A stretch of 64,000 bases of DNA, taken from assembly GCA_964394935.1 (NCBI GenBank), contig CAYMZN010000001.1, forward strand, positions 55,210-119,209. Reading direction: 5' to 3'. Below are positions 49,503-58,725 of the stretch, piece after piece (positions within the stretch are counted from its first letter, which is position 1; every line of letters starts with the position of its first letter). The notes beneath the pieces are model-generated. The model searched no databases and was not told where the DNA came from. It was given only the letters and a program-made list of their open reading frames with translations. The position numbers were made by a program, and so were the translations under genes. This DNA is from an uncultured Candidatus Bathyarchaeia archaeon. Its GTDB lineage: Archaea > Thermoproteota > Bathyarchaeia > 40CM-2-53-6.

Positions 49503-49735
49503 CAGTCGACCCAGAACCCCTGCTTCTTCTCTGGCAGAAGATCAGAGACAGAACTTGGCATCCAGCTTCTCGAAGCCTGGAGAGTGGTCGTCTGCAGATC
49601 CCAGTTTTCAGCGCTTGTCGCAACTGTCACTCGTGCAGATCCTGAAGGCGGCGTTTGGATAGATTTGATCGGTAGCATTCCTAAATAGCCGCTGTTCAGA
49701 ATGCAGTCTGGGAAAATCTGGAGGGCAGACAGCTC

Positions 49736-50902
49736 ATGCGCGCCGTGGTGGTTGAGTGCAAATTGCCATCGCTGCCATCACGGGCGGACGAAGCGAGAGA
49801 GATGGCAGAAAACATAGGATACGATGTGTCCGAAGTTATGATTCAGAAGCGAAAAAGCGACCATCACTCCTACCTCATAGGCCCAGGCAAGGTGGAAGAG
49901 CTCAAAGAGATCCTTGACGCAAATAAAGTTGAAACGGTAGTCTTCGCCAACACGCTGCTGAGCAGCCAGGTCTTCAAGCTTCAACAGCGCCTGGGAGGTG
50001 ACGTGCGAGTAATAGACAGGAACCTCCTGATCCTGGAAGTCTTCGACAAACGCGCGATGACTAAGGAGGCGAAGCTTCAGATCAAGCTGGCCAAGCTGAA
50101 ATACACACTGTCTTGGGGGCGCGAGTTCATCAAACTTCGTGGGATAATGGGCGAGCAGGTCGGCTGGATGGGGCCGGGTGACTACCCGTTCCAAGAATAT
50201 TACCGTGCGGCACGCAACCGTATAAGCCGCCTCGAAGCGCAGCTGAGAGACCTTGACCGCAAGAAGGAGATTACTCGAGGGAGACGACGAGAACTAGGTT
50301 TTCCGATTGTGGCACTGGCGGGATACACGCAATCCGGGAAGACGACGTTCTTCAACCGACTGACCTCCGAGCACAAGACGGTGGGGCTCGGCCCTTTCAC
50401 AACACTGTCCACGTTCGCGAGAAAGGTCAGGCTCGGAGCGTCTAAGGACATGGAATTCATATTGGTGGACTCGATTGGCTTCATAGAGGATATGCATCCT
50501 ACAATCGTCAAGGCCTTCAGTGCTACGCTAGGTGAAATCGCGCATTCCGACTTGATTTTGCTGTTCGTCGATGCAGGCGAAGAAAGTCAAATCATCGCAC
50601 GGCGTTGTTCATCCATGAACAAGATTCTACAAGAAATCGACGCGAACGGGCAAGTCATCGTGTGTGCGAACAAGATCGACCTAGTTGAGGGTGGAAAACT
50701 TGACGGGGTCCTCGCAGCGATTCGTGAGAAATTCATTGGCACTGTGGTAGTACCTATCAGCGCGCTCACTGGGGAGAATCTGAGTGAGGTACTTGCAGTT
50801 GTTGAGACGGAGATCACCAAAGTGAAGCCTACGCCAAGGCTTCCGGTCACGTCCGCTCCCACAAAGAGCGCCACAGGGTCTCAATGGGCTAGCCAACCCT
50901 AG
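49736..50902 (+). CDS. hflX: GTPase HflX
   Basis: HflX N-domain followed by a G-domain (G1 GYTQSGKTTFFNRLT, G3 DSIGF, G4 NKID). Confidence 0.85.
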   Translation: MRAVVVECKLPSLPSRADEAREMAENIGYDVSEVMIQKRKSDHHSYLIGPGKVEELKEILDANKVETVVFANTLLSSQVFKLQQRLGGDVRVIDRNLLILEVFDKRAMTKEAKLQIKLAKLKYTLSWGREFIKLRGIMGEQVGWMGPGDYPFQEYYRAARNRISRLEAQLRDLDRKKEITRGRRRELGFPIVALAGYTQSGKTTFFNRLTSEHKTVGLGPFTTLSTFARKVRLGASKDMEFILVDSIGFIEDMHPTIVKAFSATLGEIAHSDLILLFVDAGEESQIIARRCSSMNKILQEIDANGQVIVCANKIDLVEGGKLDGVLAAIREKFIGTVVVPISALTGENLSEVLAVVETEITKVKPTPRLPVTSAPTKSATGSQWASQP

Positions 50903-50922
50903 AGGGAGCACTTGGTAGGTAC

Positions 50923-51576
50923 TTGCCAATGCTAGGAAAGATGCCTGAGAAGAAGCCTTTCGGGAGAGGTGAGCCACCGCCCAACTACCCTATCGACCCT
51001 GAGTGGTACGCCGACCCTCAAAACTACATGTACCCTCTGGACAAACCGATCAGGGCAAAACTCGCTCGCAGATATTTCGACGAGCCCCGCAACAGGGACA
51101 AGTACACTGAGCAGGAACGGCTTTTCATCGATTCCCGTATCGATGAAGCTTTGAACCGTTTCGGCATTACGACCGATGATGCTCAAGCTCGTCTCCCAAC
51201 TAGAACTGTTAGGCGCAAGCCTCCTTCACGGCTGCCGAGAGATGCGCTTGACAAGCTCGGCCTCGACGAACTTCTGCAACGCTTTCTGGGAACTGCCCGG
51301 TATGAACGCGCTAGATCGATTCCCGACAGCCTGGTGTCACTATCCAGCCTAGGCGGAGACATCATCTCCGGAAACGTCAAACAGTACTCAGTTCAGATCG
51401 ACCTCAAGAACAAAGTCGTCACACATGACTGCGACGATTGGAAGAAGAACATGAGATCCAAACTCATGTGCAAACATCTGGGCAAGGCCTTCATAGCGAT
51501 TGGAAATGCAAGGGCAACCCGGATCTTGAGACAAATACTGTCTGAGAAAGATGATTGGACATTCAAGGCGCCGTAG
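50923..51576 (+). CDS. hypothetical protein with possible SWIM-type zinc finger
   Basis: C-terminal THDCDDW...CKHL resembles a CxC..CxH SWIM motif. Otherwise unrecognised. Confidence 0.3.
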   Translation: MPMLGKMPEKKPFGRGEPPPNYPIDPEWYADPQNYMYPLDKPIRAKLARRYFDEPRNRDKYTEQERLFIDSRIDEALNRFGITTDDAQARLPTRTVRRKPPSRLPRDALDKLGLDELLQRFLGTARYERARSIPDSLVSLSSLGGDIISGNVKQYSVQIDLKNKVVTHDCDDWKKNMRSKLMCKHLGKAFIAIGNARATRILRQILSEKDDWTFKAP

Positions 51577-52306
51577 CCACGCGACGGGGCGCCTGCAGAC
51601 AAGTCCGAAGATCAGAGATGAACGACTGTATCGCCGCGTTCAGTTCTTGTGGCTTCTCCAACATGACCGAGTGGCCTGCCTCGGGTATGATGACGAGGCG
51701 AGCGTTTCGGATCCTCTCCTTCATATACTGTGAGTACTTGACTGGCGTCAGCCTATCATCTTCTCCGCAAACTATCAGTGTTGGAAGAGCGATCTGTCCG
51801 ATATCATTCATCCTGTCGAAATGATCACAGGCCTCAAAGTCTCCATATGTGACAGTCGCCGGAACCTCTAGGAGCTCCTGGATGGATGCTCGTCTTAACT
51901 TCGCGTCAGTCTTAGGAGAATATGCCCACTCGGCTATGATTTCCGCAGCATGGGGATATTCATGCATCAGCTTGTCTTTTATGACCGGCGTAACGCGGAG
52001 GCGTGCTCCAGAGCTCACGAGCACAATTCCGGCAAGAAGCTGAGGGTGACCAAGTGCGATCTCGATTGCAATCGCGCCTCCCATGGAGTGGCCAACTAGG
52101 ACCACCGATTGCAGATTTCGTTCCGTGATCCTCCGTATGACAAACTCGGAGTATCCTGAGATGGTGTCCCGCCCCTGTCCATTAGGGTGGCCTGGTAGAT
52201 CCAGTGTCAAGCTCCCTGGGAAAGCGGACGTTTGATACCGCCATACTCTATGTGTTCCGCCTGCGCCGTGAATGAAGACCAAACTGGCTCCTGAATCACC
52301 TGTCAA
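51563..52306 (-). CDS. alpha/beta-fold hydrolase
   Basis: Nucleophile elbow GHSMGG, catalytic-Asp and catalytic-His regions (PEAGHSV). Confidence 0.7.
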   Translation of the reverse strand: MTGDSGASLVFIHGAGGTHRVWRYQTSAFPGSLTLDLPGHPNGQGRDTISGYSEFVIRRITERNLQSVVLVGHSMGGAIAIEIALGHPQLLAGIVLVSSGARLRVTPVIKDKLMHEYPHAAEIIAEWAYSPKTDAKLRRASIQELLEVPATVTYGDFEACDHFDRMNDIGQIALPTLIVCGEDDRLTPVKYSQYMKERIRNARLVIIPEAGHSVMLEKPQELNAAIQSFISDLRTCLQAPRRVATAP

Positions 52307-52523
52307 GGCTCAAGTCGCCGCTTGAATTCTGTCGCACCAGATATTTTTGAGTGCCTAACAGATCTTGAAATGATGGTGCTTCAGGTATGGCATTACAATG
52401 TTTCGAACAAGCGACGGCCAGTGCTTGCCTGGCAGATTTATCTTCGAGTTCTCTTCTCTGATGTCTCCTCGACTGCATGAACCCTAGCCCGCTGGTTAAC
52501 CACATCGGCGGAGAGTAGTCAGC

Positions 52524-53435
52524 ATGAACCTGCAAGAAAGCGCACGGGCGTACATAGCCTCTAGGCTTCAGGAGGTAGGCACACTCGACAAATTGGCTGA
52601 AGAGATGCCTGGCCCTCGCCGCGGAAACGGATGGGAGTCCTCCAAGATTGATGAGGCCGTGATCAGGGTTATCCCTCAGTCTCTGGACAAACTTGCCAGA
52701 AAAGCAATTAGACCAGGGATTTCTCGAGCGATTGTTGACCTTTTCCGACCAAGGTACGTGACATCAAGGATCGTGGGAGCGCCGACCCTGGTCTATTTTC
52801 CTCTATGGTACGTGAAGGGGTACCATGAATGCTTCTACCTGAGAGACGCAAATTACGAAATTCCAGTGGACAGGGATGTGGTGGCCGTAGAGGTCGACGG
52901 AGAGACCCGTGACTTGATGATCGAAGAGGAGGAGAGCAAGATCGTTCCGGAAGCATTCAGGCGCAGATTGAAACGATTCGCCGGACTCTTCACAGGTCAA
53001 AGGAGATACTTCAACCTCAGTGATGCGATCGAACTGGCCATCAGATATGAACGCGCTGAAATGTATGTCACTTCAGACGGTCGTGAAGGTCAAGTACTAG
53101 AGGAGGCGCTGCCAAAGAACTGGAGAACCCAACGGATATTCGATGTTGCATATCTCAATATTCAAGGGGCGATCACAAAGATCGCTGCGTCAAAGGAGAC
53201 CAAGGAGGGAGTCGTGGAGAAGTTCAGAGGAAAGATCGTGAAGATGCCTGAGAACCCAAAGCAGGTCCTGAGCAACACATTTCAGATTGAGGAACTCACG
53301 CAGTACTACATCCCGTACGTACATATTCCAGTGTTGCGTCGTGAAAGACTTGATCATGTCATAATCAACGCAGCATCCGCTGAAATACCTGATGAGAAGA
53401 CCGCCAGCTATGTGAAGCGCCAACTGGATGTTTAG
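52524..53435 (+). CDS. hypothetical protein
   Basis: ORF only. Confidence 0.3.
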   Translation: MNLQESARAYIASRLQEVGTLDKLAEEMPGPRRGNGWESSKIDEAVIRVIPQSLDKLARKAIRPGISRAIVDLFRPRYVTSRIVGAPTLVYFPLWYVKGYHECFYLRDANYEIPVDRDVVAVEVDGETRDLMIEEEESKIVPEAFRRRLKRFAGLFTGQRRYFNLSDAIELAIRYERAEMYVTSDGREGQVLEEALPKNWRTQRIFDVAYLNIQGAITKIAASKETKEGVVEKFRGKIVKMPENPKQVLSNTFQIEELTQYYIPYVHIPVLRRERLDHVIINAASAEIPDEKTASYVKRQLDV

Positions 53436-53505
53436 CTCACAAAGCGGTCCAAGCTCATCATAACCTCTTGTGAATAAGCGAAATGGTCTTGCCGGTTCGC
53501 CTTAG

Positions 53506-54147
53506 ATGATGGTGAAGCAGTACTTGGCGGCGGAGATCAAGGCCGCGAAGTTGTTCTCGAATACTTTTACACCATTCAGTCTGGCGGCTATCGTCTCGAT
53601 CGTGTTCTCTTGGTTCTTACCGATTGGAATTGGACCATCTATGAGTCCCTTGTGCTCGGCGTTGATTGTCACGCTGTGTGTGTTGCCATTCGTGCCCGTC
53701 GCCTACAGCGCAAGAAGCGGGAGAACTGATCTGGATGTTTCAGATGTCAGGAAACGCGGGCCACTCTATCTGCCGGGGCTGGCAAGCTACGCCGGTGGGG
53801 CAGCAATCTTCTCAATGCTGAATAACAAGGTCATGTTAGTCATCGCTCTTGCGTACCTCTGCGTTGCCTCACTGACCTTGCTGATCACGCTTGCATGGAA
53901 GATCAGCGCCCACACCGCTGGGATCGCCGGCCCGACTACCGCACTTGTTTTTGTGTTGGGCACCTGGATTCTGCCGCTGTACTTGCTCTCGATTCTCATG
54001 GTTTGGTCCAGAGCCAAACTGTGCGCGCACACGGTCACCCGAGGAGTTGCGGGGTTGGTCGTCACGGTCGCGGTAACGAGTGTAGCATACTTCCCATTCT
54101 ATCTGCAAAAAAGGTTAGTCCTACTACTTTTCCCACACGCTCAATGA
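53506..54147 (+). CDS. integral membrane protein, possibly PAP2-like phosphatase
   Basis: Six predicted TM helices. SAH and SRAKLCAH segments loosely resemble PAP2 motifs 2 and 3. Confidence 0.4.
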   Translation: MMVKQYLAAEIKAAKLFSNTFTPFSLAAIVSIVFSWFLPIGIGPSMSPLCSALIVTLCVLPFVPVAYSARSGRTDLDVSDVRKRGPLYLPGLASYAGGAAIFSMLNNKVMLVIALAYLCVASLTLLITLAWKISAHTAGIAGPTTALVFVLGTWILPLYLLSILMVWSRAKLCAHTVTRGVAGLVVTVAVTSVAYFPFYLQKRLVLLLFPHAQ

Positions 54148-54194
54148 ACCTGCTTGTATTCTCGGGAAAAACGCGGGACCCGTGCGAAGAGTGA

Positions 54195-54632
54195 CTAAGT
54201 GATTTGGACGTGGTCGATTTGGAAGTATCTCTTCGCTAGCATACGGGTCTTGTCGATCGTTCTTCCGTTCTTTCCTATTGCCATGGCTTTGTCTTTGGGG
54301 TCTACCTCTATGACTACGATCTTCTTCTCGGGGCGTTCGGTCAGGCGGATCTGCTTGATCTTTGCGGGAGCGAGGGAGTTCTTGATCAGACCCTCCACGC
54401 TGTCAGATGCCTCCACGATCTCGATCGGCTTACCGGTCATCCGACGAAGCGTGTTGATGTTCTTGCCTGCCTTGCCTATCGCTAGTCCCATCTGACCTGA
54501 CTTTGCGACAAATATGATTCGATCGCAGGAAGGGTCGATTAGGCAATCGTTCGCGGTTGCACCCGTGATACTTTCGAATAGGGCGATGTAGCGCATCTCA
54601 TCGCTCCCTAGGCGGATCTTTGCTGCAGACAT
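54195..54632 (-). CDS. nusA: transcription termination/antitermination factor NusA (archaeal two-KH form)
   Basis: Two KH domains with GKAGKNI and GKNGRTI GxxG loops. Confidence 0.85.
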   Translation of the reverse strand: MSAAKIRLGSDEMRYIALFESITGATANDCLIDPSCDRIIFVAKSGQMGLAIGKAGKNINTLRRMTGKPIEIVEASDSVEGLIKNSLAPAKIKQIRLTERPEKKIVVIEVDPKDKAMAIGKNGRTIDKTRMLAKRYFQIDHVQIT

Positions 54633-54634
54633 CT

Positions 54635-54934
54635 CTAGGCTTCAACCAACTTCAGGATTTCAGAGTCTCCGGGTTCCTTCACTGTCAGGGCGGCAACTAG
54701 GAATGGCTTTTCGCATGCGGCTGCTAGGTCGACGCTCGTGCCCGAGTAGACATAGACGGGGACCTCCGAGAGCTTCGCGTTGTAGAGTATGCTAGACTTG
54801 TGGGGCTCTGGACAGTTTGAGGCGATGACGATTAGCCGAGCTTTTCCGGTCTTGGCCGCGTCCGTCGCTTCCTTCCAGCCCAACTCAACTTTGCCGGTCT
54901 TGACGACCATACTGATCTGCTTGTTCAGGTCCAT
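54635..54934 (-). CDS. rpl30e: 50S ribosomal protein L30e
   Basis: 99 aa in an L30e pattern (TGKVELGWKE, LIVIASNCP). Confidence 0.9.
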   Translation of the reverse strand: MDLNKQISMVVKTGKVELGWKEATDAAKTGKARLIVIASNCPEPHKSSILYNAKLSEVPVYVYSGTSVDLAAACEKPFLVAALTVKEPGDSEILKLVEA

Positions 54935-57900
54935 TACTTCTCCTTCCCCGACATCGCCATGAAGACCTCGATAAGGCCTGTGCCCATTGGCACCTGCTGC
55001 CCAACGATGACGTTCTCGGCGACGCCGCGGAGTTGATCCTTGGTTCCGCGCACAGCCGCATCGACAATCGTTGGGATGGTGATTTCAAAAGCTGCCTTTG
55101 CCAGGGTGCTCGCCTTCTCGCCGCTGACGCCATGCCTACCCACTTGGAGGACTTCTCCTGACGCGGTCATCGCATCGGCAACAAGCATCACGTGCCTTAT
55201 GTCGACGTCGAGCCCTTGCTCATCGAGTACGCTCTTCGCCTCTTTGATTATCACGTTGCGTGCAGCCTCGATTCCGAGCACGGCCGCTACCTCATGCATG
55301 TTGTTGGAGATCGTTCTGGTTGGGTCAACCCCTGGCGTCGACAAAGCCAGTTCAAGGTTGGATCCCTCTGTTCTGATAATCCACTCACCGTTCTCCTCCA
55401 TTACTAGGGCACGTCTCACTGCTGGGATTCCTTTCACGTGCATCCCGGAGACACGGGATTCGAGGCGTCTGAATTGTGGGATGTCCATGTCATGGGTGGT
55501 GATCTCAATTTCATTCTTGTCAACCTTTGCGTCTGCGTTGTGAATCTGAATCGCTGTCTTGATGTCCCTCATTGTGACGGACTTTTCGCGCATCGCTGCG
55601 GTGTCAAGCTTGACAACGATCCTCATCTTGGTAATGTCCGACTCGATGCTAGACGATATGTCTCCAAGTGTCGTATGCGTCAGTAGGGTGGCGACCTCCT
55701 CCGCCTTCTCCTTGCTGGTTCTGTGTTTCTCGTCCAAGTATACGGTCATTGTTGGCGTCGACGGAACCTTTCTCGCATCCACGATCTCGATCAACCTCGG
55801 AAGGCCAAGGGTGACGTTTTGTTCTCTCACTCCAGCAAAGTGGAATGTTCTTAATGTCATCTGTGTACCAGGCTCACCAATCGACTGAGCCGAAACGATG
55901 CCGGCCGCTTCTCCCGGTTCAATCAGTGACCTACCATAATTCTCGACGGCCTGACGAACAGCCTCATCAACAGCACGGCGTGATAGCTTGGCCTTCAGTA
56001 GGTTTCGCTTCAACTCATCCGCGAGAAGCGGGGTGAGTCTGCCAATGACTTCTCGCATCTTCTGCTCGACATACTTGCTGCTTGCCTTGACGCCTTTTTC
56101 CGCTGCAAGCCTCACGCGTTCGACCAAGCGTTCTGAGTTGACGGCTTTGCCGTGGTCGCTCTTCGCCGTATCTACGCCATCTTCGCCGTACCTGAACTGA
56201 ATGATGTCTCCGCGGGAATCTCGGACTGTTGAGTCGTATTCCACCCTGAGATGCTCAAGGGCATTGATGAGCCTTCTCTGCATGTATCCGCTCTGCTGAG
56301 TTCGAACCGCCGTGTCAACTAGTCCTTCACGTCCTCCCATAGCATGAAAGAAGAACTCGATTGGGCTAAGGCCGTCCCGGTATGAGGAGTAGACGAAGCC
56401 TCTCGCCTCAGGGCCTGCGTCGCCTGGCCGGAAGAAAGAGAGTACGCGGTCCCTGTATCCCCTCCTGATTCTTTGACCGCGAATCGATTGCTGACCCACT
56501 GAGGCTATCATCTGTGCGACGTTCAGTGAGGATCCTCTTGCTCCGGTTCTAGTCATGATCACGCCGCTGTTAGTTTCGTCCAAGTATTCGTCTGCGTACT
56601 CACCTGCGACATCGCGAGCTTTGGACAGCTCATCCATTATGCGGATCTCAAGTGATTCTATGAGTGATTGCCCTGGAAGCCGCTCAAGCGTTCCCTGATT
56701 GTAGCTTTCGATGAGTGCGTAGACGCGCTCCTCAGCCTTGCGGATGACCTTGTCTATCTTCTCCCCGACGCTGGCAGGCACATCGAGCTCTTTGATGGAG
56801 TATGAGAAGCCCTTCATCAATACGAACCGGTCAAGGAGCTTGGCGATGTGATTAAGAAACTCTCGTCCAGTTTCGGATCCCTGATCTTTAACAATTCGGT
56901 GGAAGAGACTCTCGGACCGCTCGGCGCCGATTGAATTCTTGTCGATCGCGCCCTCTTCGAGTTTGCCGTTGCGTATTATCACGTGCTCCTTATCGTCCTT
57001 TGTCACCATGCTCGATCTTGCTGCGAAGCTGAAGCCTCGTGGCAAGAAGAGGCTGAAGATCTGCTTCCCAGTCCACAGCTCGACGGGACGCTTCGTCACT
57101 GGTTCTGGAATGTCGCCCGTGTAGCCGGCAGTTGTCAAGAGCCTGCATACCTCGTCCTTCGTGAGCACGGTCGATTTGCGTGTCAGCAGATATGCGGCAG
57201 TTAGGAGGTCGGTCTTGGCACCGATGATTGGTCCCCCGTAGCGAGGTGAAAGTATCTGATCTTGGACCTGCATCAACAGTCTTGCTTCTGTTCGTGCCTC
57301 CTCACTCTGTGGGACATGAAGGTTCATTTCGTCTCCGTCGAAGTCAGCGTTGTATGGCGGGCACACGCAGGGGTTCAGCCTGAAAGTCTTGTACGGCAAG
57401 ACTCTGACCGTATGAGCCATGATTGACATTCTGTGAAGTGAGGGCTGTCTGTTGAAGAGAACGATGTCACCGTCTCTGATGTGGCGTTCGACAACGAAGC
57501 CGGGCTCTATCGCGTCAGCTAGACTGTCTCGCTCTGTCACGAACTCGAGTCTAACGCGTCTTTGGTCGGGACGCACGATATAGAGAGCGCCCGGGTACTG
57601 GTCCGGGCCGTTTCGGATGAGCCTCCGCATCTCGTCAATGTTCCATTGCGTAACGCGTTCTGGTATTGTCAGTCGTGCGGCAATGTCCACGGGCACCCCA
57701 ACCTCGCTGATGTCGAGGTTGGGGTCAGGGGAGATCACGGTTCTTGCAGAGAAGTCCACCCGCTTACCAGACAGGTTGCCTCTGAATCTGCCTTCCTTTC
57801 CTTTGAGGCGTTGACTAATCGTCCTTAGCGCTCTCCCAGACCGATGCCGGGCGGGGGGCAATCCTGAGACTTCATTGTCGAAATATGTCGTGACGTGGTA

Positions 57901-58725
57901 TTGGAGAAGGTCATGCAGCTCCTGAATGATGTTAACCGGGACTCCGGACTCAAGTGCCTCGCGGAGTTTCTGGTTGATTCGGATAATGTCGACGAGCTTG
58001 TGAGTCAGATCGTCTTCTGATCTGATACCTGACTCGAGCGTGATAGAGGGCCGCACAGTCACAGGCGGCACCGGCAGAACTTGAAGCACCATCCATTCAG
58101 GTCTTGCAGCGGATGGATCCATCCCGAGAATGCGAAGATCGTCATCGGGGATGCGCTCAAGCATCTCCCTAATTGCGCTCGGGGTCAGGCGAGCTCCAGT
58201 CTCGTCTATGAACGTCGTGGGTTTCTGATGCTCGATGGTGTGTTGACGTGTCCCGCAGTGTGGGCATTCTTGAACCTTCTTGGCCCCCTTCATAATGTCC
58301 TCGAAGAACTGTGTGGGTACCTCGTTGAGACGTTTCTTCTCTTCCGCTATCTTGGCATTGTAGTTCTGGATCTTCTCATTTGAGAGAAGGAGTCTGCCGC
58401 AGTTGCGGCAGGTGACGGAAAGGAGCTTGTGTATCAGTTTGGCGAATGCGACGTGAATTACAGGCTCAGCAAGCTCTATGTGTCCGAAATGGCCTGGGCA
58501 ACTTATGGCAGTGTTTCCACACGTCTTGCACTTCTGTCTGGGCTCGAGCGTTCCTAGTCTTCCATCCATGAGACCTGAAACTATGGGGACTCCGTCTTCG
58601 TCATACGTATCCGCTGTCTGCACTTCAACAGCTGAGAGACGCCGTATCTCATTCGGGGAGAGGAGTGAGAACCTGATGCTCTCGATGATCTTGGTTGCTT
58701 CTTCAATCATCGCCATCCTACGCAC
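54934..58725 (-). CDS. rpoA: DNA-directed RNA polymerase subunit A, with A' and A'' fused in one ORF
   Basis: Contains the A' catalytic NADFDGDEMN and the trigger-loop/bridge regions. There is no stop or frame change where archaea normally split A' and A'' (..FRYGEDGVDTAKSDHG...KMREVIGRL..GEPGTQMTLRTFHFAG continues in-frame). 1263 aa. Confidence 0.9.
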   Translation of the reverse strand: MRRMAMIEEATKIIESIRFSLLSPNEIRRLSAVEVQTADTYDEDGVPIVSGLMDGRLGTLEPRQKCKTCGNTAISCPGHFGHIELAEPVIHVAFAKLIHKLLSVTCRNCGRLLLSNEKIQNYNAKIAEEKKRLNEVPTQFFEDIMKGAKKVQECPHCGTRQHTIEHQKPTTFIDETGARLTPSAIREMLERIPDDDLRILGMDPSAARPEWMVLQVLPVPPVTVRPSITLESGIRSEDDLTHKLVDIIRINQKLREALESGVPVNIIQELHDLLQYHVTTYFDNEVSGLPPARHRSGRALRTISQRLKGKEGRFRGNLSGKRVDFSARTVISPDPNLDISEVGVPVDIAARLTIPERVTQWNIDEMRRLIRNGPDQYPGALYIVRPDQRRVRLEFVTERDSLADAIEPGFVVERHIRDGDIVLFNRQPSLHRMSIMAHTVRVLPYKTFRLNPCVCPPYNADFDGDEMNLHVPQSEEARTEARLLMQVQDQILSPRYGGPIIGAKTDLLTAAYLLTRKSTVLTKDEVCRLLTTAGYTGDIPEPVTKRPVELWTGKQIFSLFLPRGFSFAARSSMVTKDDKEHVIIRNGKLEEGAIDKNSIGAERSESLFHRIVKDQGSETGREFLNHIAKLLDRFVLMKGFSYSIKELDVPASVGEKIDKVIRKAEERVYALIESYNQGTLERLPGQSLIESLEIRIMDELSKARDVAGEYADEYLDETNSGVIMTRTGARGSSLNVAQMIASVGQQSIRGQRIRRGYRDRVLSFFRPGDAGPEARGFVYSSYRDGLSPIEFFFHAMGGREGLVDTAVRTQQSGYMQRRLINALEHLRVEYDSTVRDSRGDIIQFRYGEDGVDTAKSDHGKAVNSERLVERVRLAAEKGVKASSKYVEQKMREVIGRLTPLLADELKRNLLKAKLSRRAVDEAVRQAVENYGRSLIEPGEAAGIVSAQSIGEPGTQMTLRTFHFAGVREQNVTLGLPRLIEIVDARKVPSTPTMTVYLDEKHRTSKEKAEEVATLLTHTTLGDISSSIESDITKMRIVVKLDTAAMREKSVTMRDIKTAIQIHNADAKVDKNEIEITTHDMDIPQFRRLESRVSGMHVKGIPAVRRALVMEENGEWIIRTEGSNLELALSTPGVDPTRTISNNMHEVAAVLGIEAARNVIIKEAKSVLDEQGLDVDIRHVMLVADAMTASGEVLQVGRHGVSGEKASTLAKAAFEITIPTIVDAAVRGTKDQLRGVAENVIVGQQVPMGTGLIEVFMAMSGKEK